DNA of 63,078 bases, filler included, from Reclinomonas americana ATCC 50394 (taxonomy: Eukaryota), in NCBI GenBank assembly GCA_048213135.1. It is 18 parts of 18 records of this genome, joined end to end, with 100 filler letters (N's around TTAATTAATTAA, not from the genome) between each part and the next. Parts side by side here need not be neighbours in the genome. Positions count along the whole stretch, not along the records: positions 34,302 to 48,643 come from AFZH01021194.1; positions 48,744 to 50,630 come from AFZH01021195.1; positions 50,731 to 56,766 come from AFZH01021196.1; 15 more parts are not named here. The stretch is one strand, 5' to 3'. The notes below the pieces were generated by a model. It was not told where the DNA came from. It saw only the letters and a program-made list of their open reading frames with translations, and searched no databases. The position numbers and the translations under genes were made by a program. Below, in pieces: positions 41,073 to 53,430 of this stretch (its first letter is position 1; the number at the start of each line of letters is the position of its first letter).

Positions 41073-42323
41073 ATTGCACCACCCTCGCACCCGCAACACA
41101 ACTGTGTGAACAACAGAGTCAGTGTGGGCCGCGATTTGTGTGGTTGGGACCACCTCGCATTCACAAAGAGTTCAGACAAAAAAGAGTTGCAGTGTGTGTG
41201 TGTGTGCGTGTGTGTGTGTGAGGGAGAGAGGGCGAGAGGGTGAGGGGAGGAGGACAGGAGAGGAAGGGAGCGTGTGGTGCTGCGGACATTGTGGCCCAAC
41301 TGCGACTGACCTCCTCTCGCTGAACGCGTGAAAAACTCGGAATAATTTTCGCGAAGTGCGCCCCGTCGCACGTCAGCATGTTCAGATTTGCCAAATGAGA
41401 CGACGGCCAATGCCGGGTGCGATGCGGGGTCCAGAAAAGAGAGCAGATGATGCAGTAACCCGCGACCGACACAGAGCGGCGATTTCAGCAAAACGATATG
41501 AATGTGATTGATATCGCACGCGCGCGCGAACAAGATGATGCAATTCGTTCTTTTTTCGTTACACACGACTCGAGCGCCCCCTCCTCCGTATACAAAGAGG
41601 AGCCCGGACAAAGTTCACGAGACAGGCGCGGTCGATCGATCAATCACGGCCGATGATGAGAGAGTATACTCGATATACTCGTGCTTGCGTGTGTTCGGAT
41701 TCGTTGTGTAAATGGAAACGCAGAAGCTACCGGGGAAATAGGAACGATGCTGGCAGAGTCGTGCTGGCGGAATGGGGTTGCCGTTGCACGTGATGATGGC
41801 AGGTCACGCAACAGCGTCGAAATGCGGGCGCGAATCAGAACATTTACCAAATGCGGCTGATACTGGAGTTCCATCGAGTGGGCATTGAACGGCGGTGCCC
41901 CCGACATTGCAGCTCACCTTCCGCCTTTCATCCTGGACTGCTTCGCTGCGGCCGACAGTTTTTTCGCGGCGCGCGAACCAATTCGCGTTTTCCGAACCGA
42001 TTTCCGATTTCCGATTGCGATATCCGATTCATTGCTTGCGAAGTCTGTGTTCTCGGACCCAGCCCACCCAAGTTGCTGCATCGGGGGTGAGTAGTGCAGC
42101 AATGTGTTGGCGAAACTATTGCGGTTGTCTCTCGTTCGAGCTCGTTAGGTTCGAATTCGACTTGTCCTGGCTTCGACGTCGCGATCGACGTCGTAGCTTG
42201 TACTCGCCGCCATCGCCAACTGCAATCTCCGCTATCACACTGTCGCCGCGCTGCCAGCAGCCCTTTGACCCATCTCACACCAGCTTGCAGGACGACGCGA
42301 AGTGCAGTCATATGATTGCGCAA

Positions 42324-45300
42324 ATGTCGAAGCGGTCGCGCGATCACGCCGACAGCCGCAGCCGCTCTCGGTCACGCACACCACCACGCAAGGCTCGACG
42401 GCTCTCTCCGCGCGACAAACTGGCCTCGGCAGCTGCCGCGCGCGAGCCGCCTCCATGGCCACCAGTCATGCACGATGCGCTTCTCTTCCCGCCGCAATTG
42501 CAGGTGAGAGAGCTCAGCAGCAGCTTCAGTTCGCCACTGTTGCATGCCACTGACAGCGCCCGCCACCACCACCACCGCACAGGGTCTTGCAGAGTCGCCA
42601 TCTGCTCTTGCTGCACACTGGCAGGCGTGTTGCGTTGCCGACGAGGAGGCCGATGCATTGCGTGCACGACTCACCAGTGCCATGCGCGAATGGTCAGTCA
42701 TACGCCTTCACTCACTCTCTCATCTCCACTCCCTCATCCCCTTCCGTTTGCAGGTACGGTCGCGGAGGCAGCGACCATGTGTCACCACTGGACGCCGCCA
42801 CGGCGAGCTTCTTGGTGCAGTCGCCGCAGCTGGCCAAGTCACTCTGCTTGTCGCCGCTGTTGGAGCTGATGGAGAGTGGAGCGTTGGTGTACCGCGGTAA
42901 CCGACATCCGTTTGTCGATGTAGCCAAGGAGTGCGGGTCGCCCGCGTCGTCGCCTCAATCGTTGCGTGCGTGCGAGCGTGTGTGTATAATGTTTGGTGGT
43001 GATAGTTGACCCACCACTGCATTCGTCAGACTTCTGCTTCTGTTCTGCACGCTGGCGGAGGCGAGAGAAGCGGCCGGCGCGACGACGGCAACAGCGGTGC
43101 GGCAGTGGATGGTGCAGTTGATGGTGGCGGCGCCGAGTGAGGTGCGACGCGATTTCGTGTGCGCACTCGGCCACTGCGTGAATGGATCGCGACCCGAGCC
43201 CTGGCAGCCGCTGGCACTTCCAGACTTGTCAGTGGAGGCGGCTGGAAAGCTGCTTACCGCTGTGGCGTCGGCACCGCAGCTGGCGGTGGAGAACATTGCG
43301 TACTTGCTGGAGGCGTTCCCGGGACGGGCCGATCGCTTCCTCGATCCAATGGAGGAGGTACGGCGCTTTTCTGCACAGCTGTGTCACCCACTGTTGTGTT
43401 TTACACTGTCGCGCGCACAGTTCCTGCGAAAAGCCACCACGGCCTCTGCGGCACCACTGGTGCGCCTGGTGCTGAGTGATGCACTGAGCCACGATTTCAA
43501 CGTGTCGACCATGGTGCGCTCGCTGCATCGCCGCCTGACACCAGTGCGTGGTGCGTGGTTTGTCGACCTGTGGTGGCCCGCGATTCTTTCCGAGCTGGCC
43601 GTGCAGCATCCGACGGGTTCGCGGCGCCAGCGTGGTGAGTTTGTGCACCGCGGCACCTTTTCGATCTCTTCACGGCTCACGCGCTCAATCATCGCAGCGA
43701 GCTCACTTGTCGAAGTCGTGCTTCGAGATCTGCCTCGGCTCTTGTTTGGCGACGACAAGGACGGGCGCGGAGACGAAGTGTTTGCACGCTTCACGGCACA
43801 CTTGTTCCACGGCAGTCGATCCTCGCTGGCGCGCGATGTCGTGCTGGCTGCGTTGAGTCAGTGCGTGCACTCACATCCGCATGTGATGAGCGTGAAACGT
43901 ATCGGTGCGAGGCGTGCGTCTGCTCTTTCCATATCGTGTCTTGTGTGTTCGTCTCCTCATCAAAACCAAACAGAGCTCCTGTGTGCCGCCGTGCGCTCCC
44001 TTGCACATGCTGCTGCTCTTTCAACCGGCAGCAGTTGCAGCAGCAGCAGCATCCACGGTGACGATGATGCGAGCTCCAATGTGTTGCCGGTCATTCGCTA
44101 CTGTGCGCAGATTGTGGCCGATCGTGTGCGGCATCTCATTCCCGTGGCGCTGGACGACTCGGTCGCACGATCTGCGCGGCTGGAGGCGCAGGAACACTTG
44201 TGTTCCCTCATCAATGCCATCCTGCTGTTCCAGTTGCCTGCGAGTTTCCGCCTGCTGCCGAGTCAGCTGCTGGTCGAGTGTCTGTCGCTGATTGACGCGT
44301 GCGAGAGCGCTGCAAGGGGCGAGGTGTTTGCCTCGCTTCGACCCCTGGTGGATCGGCTACTGCGCGCCATGTCCGGCATCGCCACTCTCACTGTCCTCGT
44401 GCCGCCGTGCAACTCACTCTCGCTCGGCTACTCGCGTCCAGGGTGCGTCTGCGGTCGCCGTTGCCGTCGAGTGTGTGTGTGTGTGTGTCAATAATTTCTT
44501 GCAGTGCCGCGGGATCGGCAGCCGGCATTCAACTCGAGAGCGGCGACCAGACACTGGCGGATACCGACTTTTGTGAGCACTTGCTCACGTGCCTTCTCGC
44601 GTGGTTCGAGGCACCACATTCAGGAAATCCCTCGCGGCAGACGCTGGAAACACCCGTGACGGCGCTAACTGTGGCACTCTGGGTGCGTTTCATCCCGTCG
44701 AGCACTCTCAAAGACCTCTGTCTTCGCTGCATGGGGCACGTTGTCAGCGTGCTGTGCTCGTCCTCTGCATTGCATGTCGCGCAACAGTCCGAGCTGGCGG
44801 ATCATGTGGCACTGGTGTGCGCCGATGCACTCCTGCATGACAACGGCAATCGTATGCGGAACCTGGGGTTGCGTTCATCAACAGGGCGATTGTTGCATGC
44901 AGTAGCGCAAGTTGCTGATTTCGTGCACTGTCTTTCCGTGCTCGTCAGACTTCAGCAAACCGTCCGCAGCCTCACTTCGCTCTCTGGGAGCGTCGCCTTT
45001 CACTTTATCAGTGTGCTGCTAGCGCAAGTGCGGCAACTCGTGCTGACCATGAGCCAGTCTCGCGCGACTGCTCGTCGTGGTCTGGCGTAACGCACCATTG
45101 TCTCCGTGCTCTGTCGATGGCGGTGCCATTGACTCTTTCCGTCTTCGCGCAGAACTCAATGTCGGCGCGCTATCGCGCTTGCTCGGCGAGGTGGTCCGTG
45201 AGGTCGCAGATGCGCAGCGAACGCCTGCTGCAGCCGACGAGGTGCGACAGTACGTCAGCTCGCAAATTGAGCATTTGTGGGTACAAGGTTCCGTCCCTCG

Positions 45301-45580
45301 CGCGCCGCCTCGTCTAATGTGCGAGGACCTCACGTGCTACGTATCAGGGGCAAGTCGAGGCGATGCAGTGGCCGATCTCGAGACCGTGATTACCGACCTG
45401 CACCGAGTCGTCGGCGACTCTGCGCAGACAAGGTGAGACCAAGGCGCAGCGAGTTCTGCACGCGTCAACCCGCGACTGACACGCTCGTGCAGCTCACAGC
45501 CACCGTTTGTGCGATTCACCAGACGACTCGCATGGGCAGAAAAATCCACAGCCGACTCCAGCAGGAGTACTCACAAATAA
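42324..45580 (+). CDS. Large hypothetical alpha-helical protein with N-terminal RS/basic stretch
   Basis: MSKRSRDHADSRSRSRSRTPPRKARR, then many Leu-rich exons linked by short introns; inferred stop TAA 45578-45580. Confidence 0.5.
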
Positions 45581-45661
45581 TAGCAACTACAACATTGTTG
45601 GACCCATGCATTGTTATTCTTGTCCCTCTCCACCGAACCACGTGCACGGCTCCGCAAACAA

Positions 45662-48480
45662 CTACTTGTTTTGGAACAAGTGCAGCAACTGCGCGACTTT
45701 GCCAGTTGATCTGTTTCACGAAAGCGCCACATCAGGCCGATAAAAAAAACAACGACAACAACAGCAACAACAAAAAGTCATACTCACCCTCCTGAACCAG
45801 TGCCTCCGGCGGCGGGAGGCGGAGGTGGCGGTCCAGTGCCTGGTTTCGGTGGTGGAGGAGCAGCACTGCTACTTTCGGCTTGTTGTCTTCGCTCCTTCAT
45901 CCGCCGCTCCAGTTCCGTTTCACCGGCTGCAGAGCAAACAAAGTCAGCCACGCTGTCGACACAAACAACAGGTACATCAAATGTCGACGCACGAGAATCA
46001 CTCGAGTCGCTCTTTGGCTTGGGTGCTGGCTTCAAAATAGGTGCCGGCCCAGTGGGCATCGGCGCACCAGGCCTGGCACCAAAGGCACTCGCAGACGGAG
46101 ACGCTGGCGTGGCGGGTGTGGACGGTGCCGACGGGGTGCTGGGTGACGCAGTGGAGAATTTGGATGCAGCATCCGCGAATTTCGGAGACGGCAAGGGCGG
46201 TGCGACACGAGACGACGGCGGTGGTGGTAGGCCGGTGCTACCCGCAGCTGCCGCAGCAGTGGCTGCAAGAACAAGCGCATGAGCAACGCTGACGGAGGGG
46301 GAGGAGAAAAGGCAGTACGCACGTGGTGTTGGCGGCAGAGGCCGATCTGGTGGCTTGGAGGAAGAAGAGGTTCGAGACGAGGACGACCCATCACTGCCGT
46401 CGGTCGTGGGTGGCGCATCATGGACTGCCTCGGACTTGCTCCGCGAACGCGACTGTACTGGTGGAGGCGTCTCGGGAGGAACCGCGCCACGAAATCCTTC
46501 GGCTGACGATGCTCGCCGTGACGCGTCATTGGCGGCGGCGGCGGCGGCGGTGGCGGCGGCAGCAGCAGCAGCAGCGGCGGCAGCGCTGGGCGTTGACGGT
46601 GTCGGCGGTCCAGTCGCCGCTGGTGGTGCAGAGGCTGCGGGCGGTGCTGCAGCGGTTTCTTGTTGCTACGCGACAGAGAAAAAATAGACGAGATTTTGAG
46701 TGACAGCCGGCGTGGCATTCCCTCCCTCCTCTCTGTCGCCGTACCTTGGTAGCCGCTGCAGGTCGTGTCCACTGCGTCTCTCCTGTTACAGGATTATGAT
46801 AGTAGGATTCGCCGGTCTCGGCCGGATAGGCTAGCCAAGGGGCCGGGAGTGGACTCTCACTTCGACTTGCAGCAGATGGCGATGACATTGCAGACGAGAC
46901 AGGTCGTGAGCCGGCTGGTGTGAGCATTTGACTGGACTGTGGGGCCAAGCTACTCTCAAACGAGCTCCGTACACCACCGTAGCAAGTTTGGAGGAATTCC
47001 ATGGAGAAATCCTGCATGTCCACAACTGCCATCAACGCTTCTCGGTACAGCCGCTCGCGATCTGTGTCATGAGACAGGGGCGACCGCGAGAGTACGGTCA
47101 GAGTGGAGTATATGGAAAGGCGCAGATGCTAACGAGCGCACCGAGGCCAATGTCGGCAACTGCTCTTGCAGTCTCAGGATCGCTCGGCAGAACAGGAGGC
47201 GGGTCGTCATCATCGGTACCCACGGTCGGCATTTGCAGACTGGAAATGTACAGATGGTTTGGGTTGTCACGGTTGTCCGAGGAAAACACGCAGCCGTGCG
47301 TCAACCGCACATACTGCCGCGTCGCCAAATCTGCCACACAACAAACAGCGATTCAAAAGAGGTTCTACCCTGATTTGCTGCGAGCGTATCGAACCTGCAT
47401 CAAAGTACTCCTCCAGCAACTCGGAAAACGCAGCACCCTCCACACACGCCGCCACATACAGTGTATCGTCGCCCAAGTGCAACGCAATACTCTGCTCCGT
47501 GTGCGCCCATCGTCGCAAATTCCCAAACGGCACCACGCTTAGTACGTTCTGTATAGTCCACGCAACTCGGTAAGTGCGGGTGATATTAAATGAATGAAAG
47601 ACAAAACCACCACAAACCCCCGACGCGGCATCCACACGCAGCACGGCATCCTCTCGTACCAAGACATACGCCGGTGCGCTATACTCGACCTCCGGCAGTC
47701 GTTCTGTTCTCAGTTCCTGCACAGACACACAGCACAGTCGCTGTCAGTGTACCAAGAAATCAAGCAAGCGAGAGAGTAAGAGAGTGAGAGCGAAGTGTAC
47801 CAGCACTGGGAATCTGTGGTAGCCGTAGTTTGGCGACGTCTCACACAGCCAGATGAAATCCGTGATGCAGTCTATGCGACTGCGTCCCGCAAGAGTCGCA
47901 AAGGCCAGCTGTTGTGATTGCACCACAGTTGGTGTCCGTGCGTGCTCCTCGGGCACAAACTCGAGAGCCCTGCGTTCGCTCACCGCATGAGCACAACGGG
48001 AATAACTGTCTGACTGACCAACAGCACTGCACACCAACCGTGTTCTGTCATTCTGGCTCTGCGCGTAGAGTGCACTCAGTTTGAAGAACTCGTCCCTGGA
48101 GAACCGCAAGTCGCCGTTGCGGATGGCGTTGGTGAGCTGCAACAATCGTATTCGTAAGGACACCGATGAGAGACAGTGGCCACACGCGAACAGATAATTA
48201 TCACCTGCGCAAACTCGGCCTCTGCCATCGCATCCCGATACTCAATGTCTTTCTTCCGCCGCACGTACAGACGCCTGCACAGCAGCAAGGTCTTCGACAC
48301 ATCGTAATCCTCGAGCACTTTGCCCTTGTCCATCCACGCTGTGAAACAACACAGTGAGAAGCAGTCCCCCAGTCGCGAGAAATCACTTTCTCGAGGCGTC
48401 CCGCAACTGCGCTCTGGCAGCAGCTGCAGCGAGTACCACAGCGCGAGGTTGTGATAGTCGCTGGTCGAAGGACCATCGGC
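45662..48480 (-). CDS. FERM-like + WW domain protein with Pro-rich tail (5' end in gap)
   Basis: WMDKGKVLEDY, EFAQ|LTNAIRNGDL..FKLSALYAQ, FIWLCETSPNYGYHRFPV (FERM F1-F3 pattern); WW LPAPWLAY..GESYYHNPVTGETQWTRP; last exon GKVAQLLHLFQNK-TAG. Confidence 0.7.
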
Positions 48481-48743
48481 TGTAAGCAAGATGATGATCA
48501 GAAGCAGCAATTCGCATGGATCAACAACACCAACGACAACCACACAGCAATGACAGAGAAGAAGATGATGAAGAAACACAACCTGACTCTGTGTGTGCGT
48601 GTTACGTGAAAGTCACAGACACACAACTCCGCGGCGGACGACANNNNNNNNNNNNNNNNNNNNNNNNNNNNNNNNNNNNNNNNNNNNTTAATTAATTAAN
48701 NNNNNNNNNNNNNNNNNNNNNNNNNNNNNNNNNNNNNNNNNNN

Positions 48744-50560
48744 TGTGTCGCAATGCGGACCATCGCTCGAGCCCCTCGAATGCTTCGGGCCTGCTGTTTG
48801 CTTCCATGTCGACACCGGCCTCGACTGTTCTGCCTCTACTCCTCCTCGCGATCGCCCATGCTCTCCAGCAACGACGCGGCATCGTGGACCACCATGTGAC
48901 CGCTCTCCGTCGGCTTCTCGGCCTGCTCCACTTCCACAGATTCGTCCTCCTCCTCCTCCTCGGCAGCGGCGGCGGCGGGGGTCGGCGATGTCCGCTGTCC
49001 CCAGTCGCCGTTGCTCTCGGGTGATCGCACGTCGGACAAGGCCGAGGCAGTGGTCGCGGCTTCGTCGCCACCTTCTTCCTCGTCTCCTGTGGCTTCGTCT
49101 CCAACAACGGCGTCGCCACGCTCCTCGACGTCGGCCTCTGCCGGTTCCGGAGAATCATCTCCTTTGTCTTCAGCGCCGTCACCGCCAGCGGCAGCTGACA
49201 ACTCATCATCCAGTTGCTGTTGCTGTTGCTGCTGGTGGTGGTCGTGTAATCTGTCAGCCACTTGATCCACATTGAGCGAGTCACGTGCACTGCGGTGTGA
49301 TGGCGACGATGCGGCCGACGACTGCTGCAGTGCTTGCTTGAGCACTGCGTTCTCCTCACGCAGTCCGCGCAACTCGCGTCGCACTTCCACCGTATCGCTC
49401 GACAGCTCCAGCTCCCGCAACTGCCGCAGCGGGAAGCCGATCGGCGTGAGAAAACAGGCGCACTCTGCTTGCGTTCTCCTCGCCACCTTACCTTGTTTTG
49501 ATACTCCTGCTTACGGGTCTCCAACTCTACCAGCAGTCGACTTTCGCGGCGGCTGAGCCTATCGATCTCGCGCTCCAAGTTCGCGCGCAGCAAATTCTCC
49601 TCATCCGAAGCTCCAGAGGCGTTGCTGCAACACCAACACACAAAGCATGAGTTCCCCGCCGTCCTCTTCCCAGCCGCAAACACCACCATCACCCACCTTT
49701 GTGCGGTGCGCTTAAACAACGCCACCGTTTTCTGCAACGTGTGCAGACTCCTGACCAGCTCCACGTTCTCGAGTTTGACGCGATCATTTTCCTCTTGCAA
49801 CACAGCATCCGACGACTCGGATGAGAGGGATCGCACATGGCCATTTCCGCGATCCAGCGCGAGTGGCACACTGAGCGACCCCGATGCCGAGGCCGCCAAA
49901 GACGACGAAGATGATGATGACGGGGCGCTGGCATCTTCTTCCGACTGCGACCGATGCACTCCCGAGCGTGCGGCAATGGTGGTCGGCGGCGATTTCACCA
50001 CCGACAGCACTGGTGACACGGCAGCCTCTCGTGCCTCGCGCATGGCGCGCAGTTGTTGCACCGTCGGCCGTGACCTACAGACGTAATGACACTTTCAGGT
50101 CTTGTACAACATGCATCGGTGCGGTGTCACGCACGCTCACCGTACGGGCACAGCGCGATTGATTGCCGACCCGCCACCGACGCCATGGTCGACTCCACCC
50201 GCACTTCCAGCGTCGCGCGTCGGCGACGTGCGTGTAGACTCCTCGGGACTGACGGTCGGCTTGACTACTTGTGTTTGGCCGAGAGCCACCGCGACCGCAG
50301 GGTTGTCAGTGGACGCACGAAGAATGGCAGTCAGCCGCTTGATCTCCCGCTTGTTTCTCTCGTTCTCATCCACAACGCCTTGCAAGTAGGCCTCCAGCTT
50401 GAGCTGCACCCATGCACGGCACTGAAATGAGCAAAGAAGCGTCGAGATGACGATACCAACGAGAAAGAGGCGCAACCTTCTCGTGGTACAGCGCTTGCGG
50501 ATCATCGATGGGCGCAATACTCGCACGAACTGCCGGATCCGCACACAGTCGTCAACTCGG
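48744..50560 (-). CDS. Coiled-coil protein with acidic region (fragment)
   Basis: Heptad-rich exons (LQEENDRVKLENVELVRSL; LRRELRGLREENAVLKQAL) joined by short introns. Confidence 0.5.
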
Positions 50561-50562
50561 AG

Positions 50563-50606
<44 letters not shown>

Positions 50607-50730
50607 ATCGAGGTCACCATCACAGACGACNNNNNNNNNNNNNNNNNNNNNNNNNNNNNNNNNNNNNNNNNNNNTTAATTAATTAANNNNNNNNNNNNNN
50701 NNNNNNNNNNNNNNNNNNNNNNNNNNNNNN

Positions 50731-51125
50731 CCACCAGCAGCCACCTCGTCGTGCAGGGCATGCAGCACATCCCCGCTGTCCTCGGCCGGGTCAACCTGCT
50801 CGTCGTCCACGTCCAGCAGCATGCCACCAGAAACGACAGCCAGATGCTCGGCCTCGGCACTCGGCTCGATCGGCAATGCAGTCTCACCACCAGCAGCCAC
50901 CTCGTCGTGCAGGGCATGCAACTCATCACCGCTGTCCTCGGCCGGGCCAACCTGCTCGTCGTCCACGTCCAGCAGCATGCCACCAGAAACGACAGCCAGA
51001 TGCTCGGCCTCAGCACTCGGCTCGATCGGCCGTGCAGTCTCATCACATGCAGCCGCGTCGTCGTGCAGGGCGTGTAGCACATCCCCGCTGTCCTCGGCCG
51101 CACCACCTTGCTCGTCATCCACGTC
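50731..51125. repeat. 156-bp coding tandem repeat, at least 2.5 copies, truncated by gap
   Basis: CCACCAGCAGCCACCTCGTCGTGCAGGGCA recurs at 50731 and 50887; third, more diverged copy around 51043. Confidence 0.9.
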
Positions 51126-53174
51126 AGGTAGGTCAACTGCTTTCGCTTCCACAGGAACGGTGATCGTCCAAGCCTCCTCTGCCACCTCCTCCTCGTCGTC
51201 ATCTGCGGCTGCTGTCACGACGATCATTGGCGGTACAACGTGCCACACGTCAGAGAGCTCTGCGTCGTCGTCCGGAAGTGCCACGTTGGCTCCACCAATG
51301 TCCACAGTAACCGACTCGTCCGTAGCCACCACATTCTCGGCCTCAACGACCTGCGTGCACAACACCTCCTGGTGGCACTCGTCAACAGTCGGTGCGCGAC
51401 CTGCCTCCTCTTGCTCCATCGGCAACCTGTCGTCCGCCACACTATCTTCTTCTTCTTCTTCTTCTCCTGCCTCCACCACGACGACAGAGCACGGCATGGA
51501 ATCGTCACCGGCCGCCGATCTAATCCACTCGGCCGCCGGCTCATCCTCCTGCGACAACATACTTCCTGCCTCCGGCGACGGCGCCGGCGTGATGGCATAC
51601 GGCTCATCGACCGCGGCCCACTGTCCGGCCTCGCTTGGCGGCGCTGGCGATGGAACGGGTGTGGCGGCAAGCGGAGCATCAACATCCTCATCCTCATCCT
51701 CATCCTCATCATCATCATCATCATCATCATCGCCAAAGGCACTAACGTGCCACTGATCCGCACCAACTGGCGGCGGTGATGACGGCGGTGACGATTCCGG
51801 CGACGGCGTTGCATCGCTCAGCGGTGAAGGCGGCGCCGTCACATTCGCCAGCACCACTTCGCCTGGGTGCTCCGTCGAACCGAGCAGCATCGGCAGCAAC
51901 GTCTGCACAGACTGACCAGTGGCGGCCGCCTCATGCACCTGCGCCAACTGCAACTGCGTGACACGCAGCGCGTCGTGCACCGCCACCTGGCGAGCCAACA
52001 GACCCTGCAACTCAGCCTCCGCAGCCATATCCACCGACCGCCGCCGTCGCTCCCTCGCCCGCCGCACCCGCTGCTCCACCGCCTGTAACAACGCCAAATT
52101 CTCCCGCCGCAGCTCCTCCTGCTCCAACTGCAACGCACGCTCCAGCGTCGCCATATCCACATTGGCCAGCACCTCACGCACCTCCTCCTCCGTCACCACA
52201 ATCTCCTCGCCCGAGTCGAACAACACCGGCAACGACTGCTCCTCATCGTCATCGACGACACTCGCCGCCGGCACCGGCAACAACACAGGACGAGCCGACA
52301 TGCGCGCCACATTCTGCACCTCCTCGTCACACTCGCTCCACTCGCCCTCCTGCATGCGCATCATCAGCGCCTCCTCGACCACGGCATCCATCGGCGATTC
52401 GTCGACTGGAACTCGCGGCGGAGGCGGTGGCGGTGGAGGTGGTGGAGGCGCACGATTACCAGGCACATGCAAGAACTGTTGCTGTTGTTGCTGTTGTCGT
52501 AGTCGTTGTCTGTGATTGGTCGTTCGCGGCTGCACCGGCGAGGGCGACATGGTGAGTGCGCTCTCCGACGTCTGATCCATGGACAATGAGGAGGTGTCGT
52601 CGGTGCTCATGGCGGTGGGCGTCGGAGATGAGTTGGCGGCGGCCAGCTCCGGCAAGAGCGTGGCGTACTCGTGCACGAGTAGAACGCGCTCCTCGTCGGT
52701 GACGTCACCGACGAGCGAGGCGAGGTAGGCGTCGAATTCGTCAATGGTGGGGAAGGCCCCGCCGAGTTGGAGCTATTAAGGGGAAAGGGAGGAGAAAGTG
52801 AGGGGAAGAGAGGGGGAAGGAGAAGGGGAAGAGGTGGGGGAAGAGAAGGGGGAAGAGAGGGGGGAAGAGAGGGGAGAAGAGAGGGGGAAGGAGAAGGGGA
52901 AGAGAGAAGGGAAGAGAGGGGGAAGAGATTGGTTGACGTGTGAAGAAAGATGCGTGAAAGATGAAAAAGGAGAAAGGACAAGCGTGTGTGTGTGAGAGAG
53001 AGAGAGTGCAAAGACAGAGAGAGAGAGAGTGCGAGAGAGAGTGCGAGAGATTCCTGTTTGTCCGAACACCAACAACGACGCGCCTCTCTCTCATTCACAC
53101 ACTTTCTCTTTCACTCACTCCGCTCTCTCTGTCTATCTCACACTCACCTCAGCCAACAACGGCGTCAACGCCAT
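50731..53174 (-). CDS. Acidic low-complexity protein with 52-aa tandem repeats (3' end in gap)
   Basis: About 2-kb uninterrupted exon 52772-50731; putative first exon MALTPLLAE|GTGAGT starting at 53174. Confidence 0.6.
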
Positions 53175-53397
53175 TATCGCATCCAAAAAAAAAAGATAGA
53201 GAGGGATCCACGGTCCAATCGAGTCAACGAAGTAACGCACACTACACGCATTCTCTGAGGTCCGCACGCACACACACACACACACTTGCACACACACACG
53301 CACATACATACACACACACTTGCACACACTTGCACTCTCTTTGCACACACTTTGCACACACTTTCACACACACTTTGCACACACACACACTCACTCT

Positions 53398-53428
<31 letters not shown>

Positions 53429-53430
53429 GA

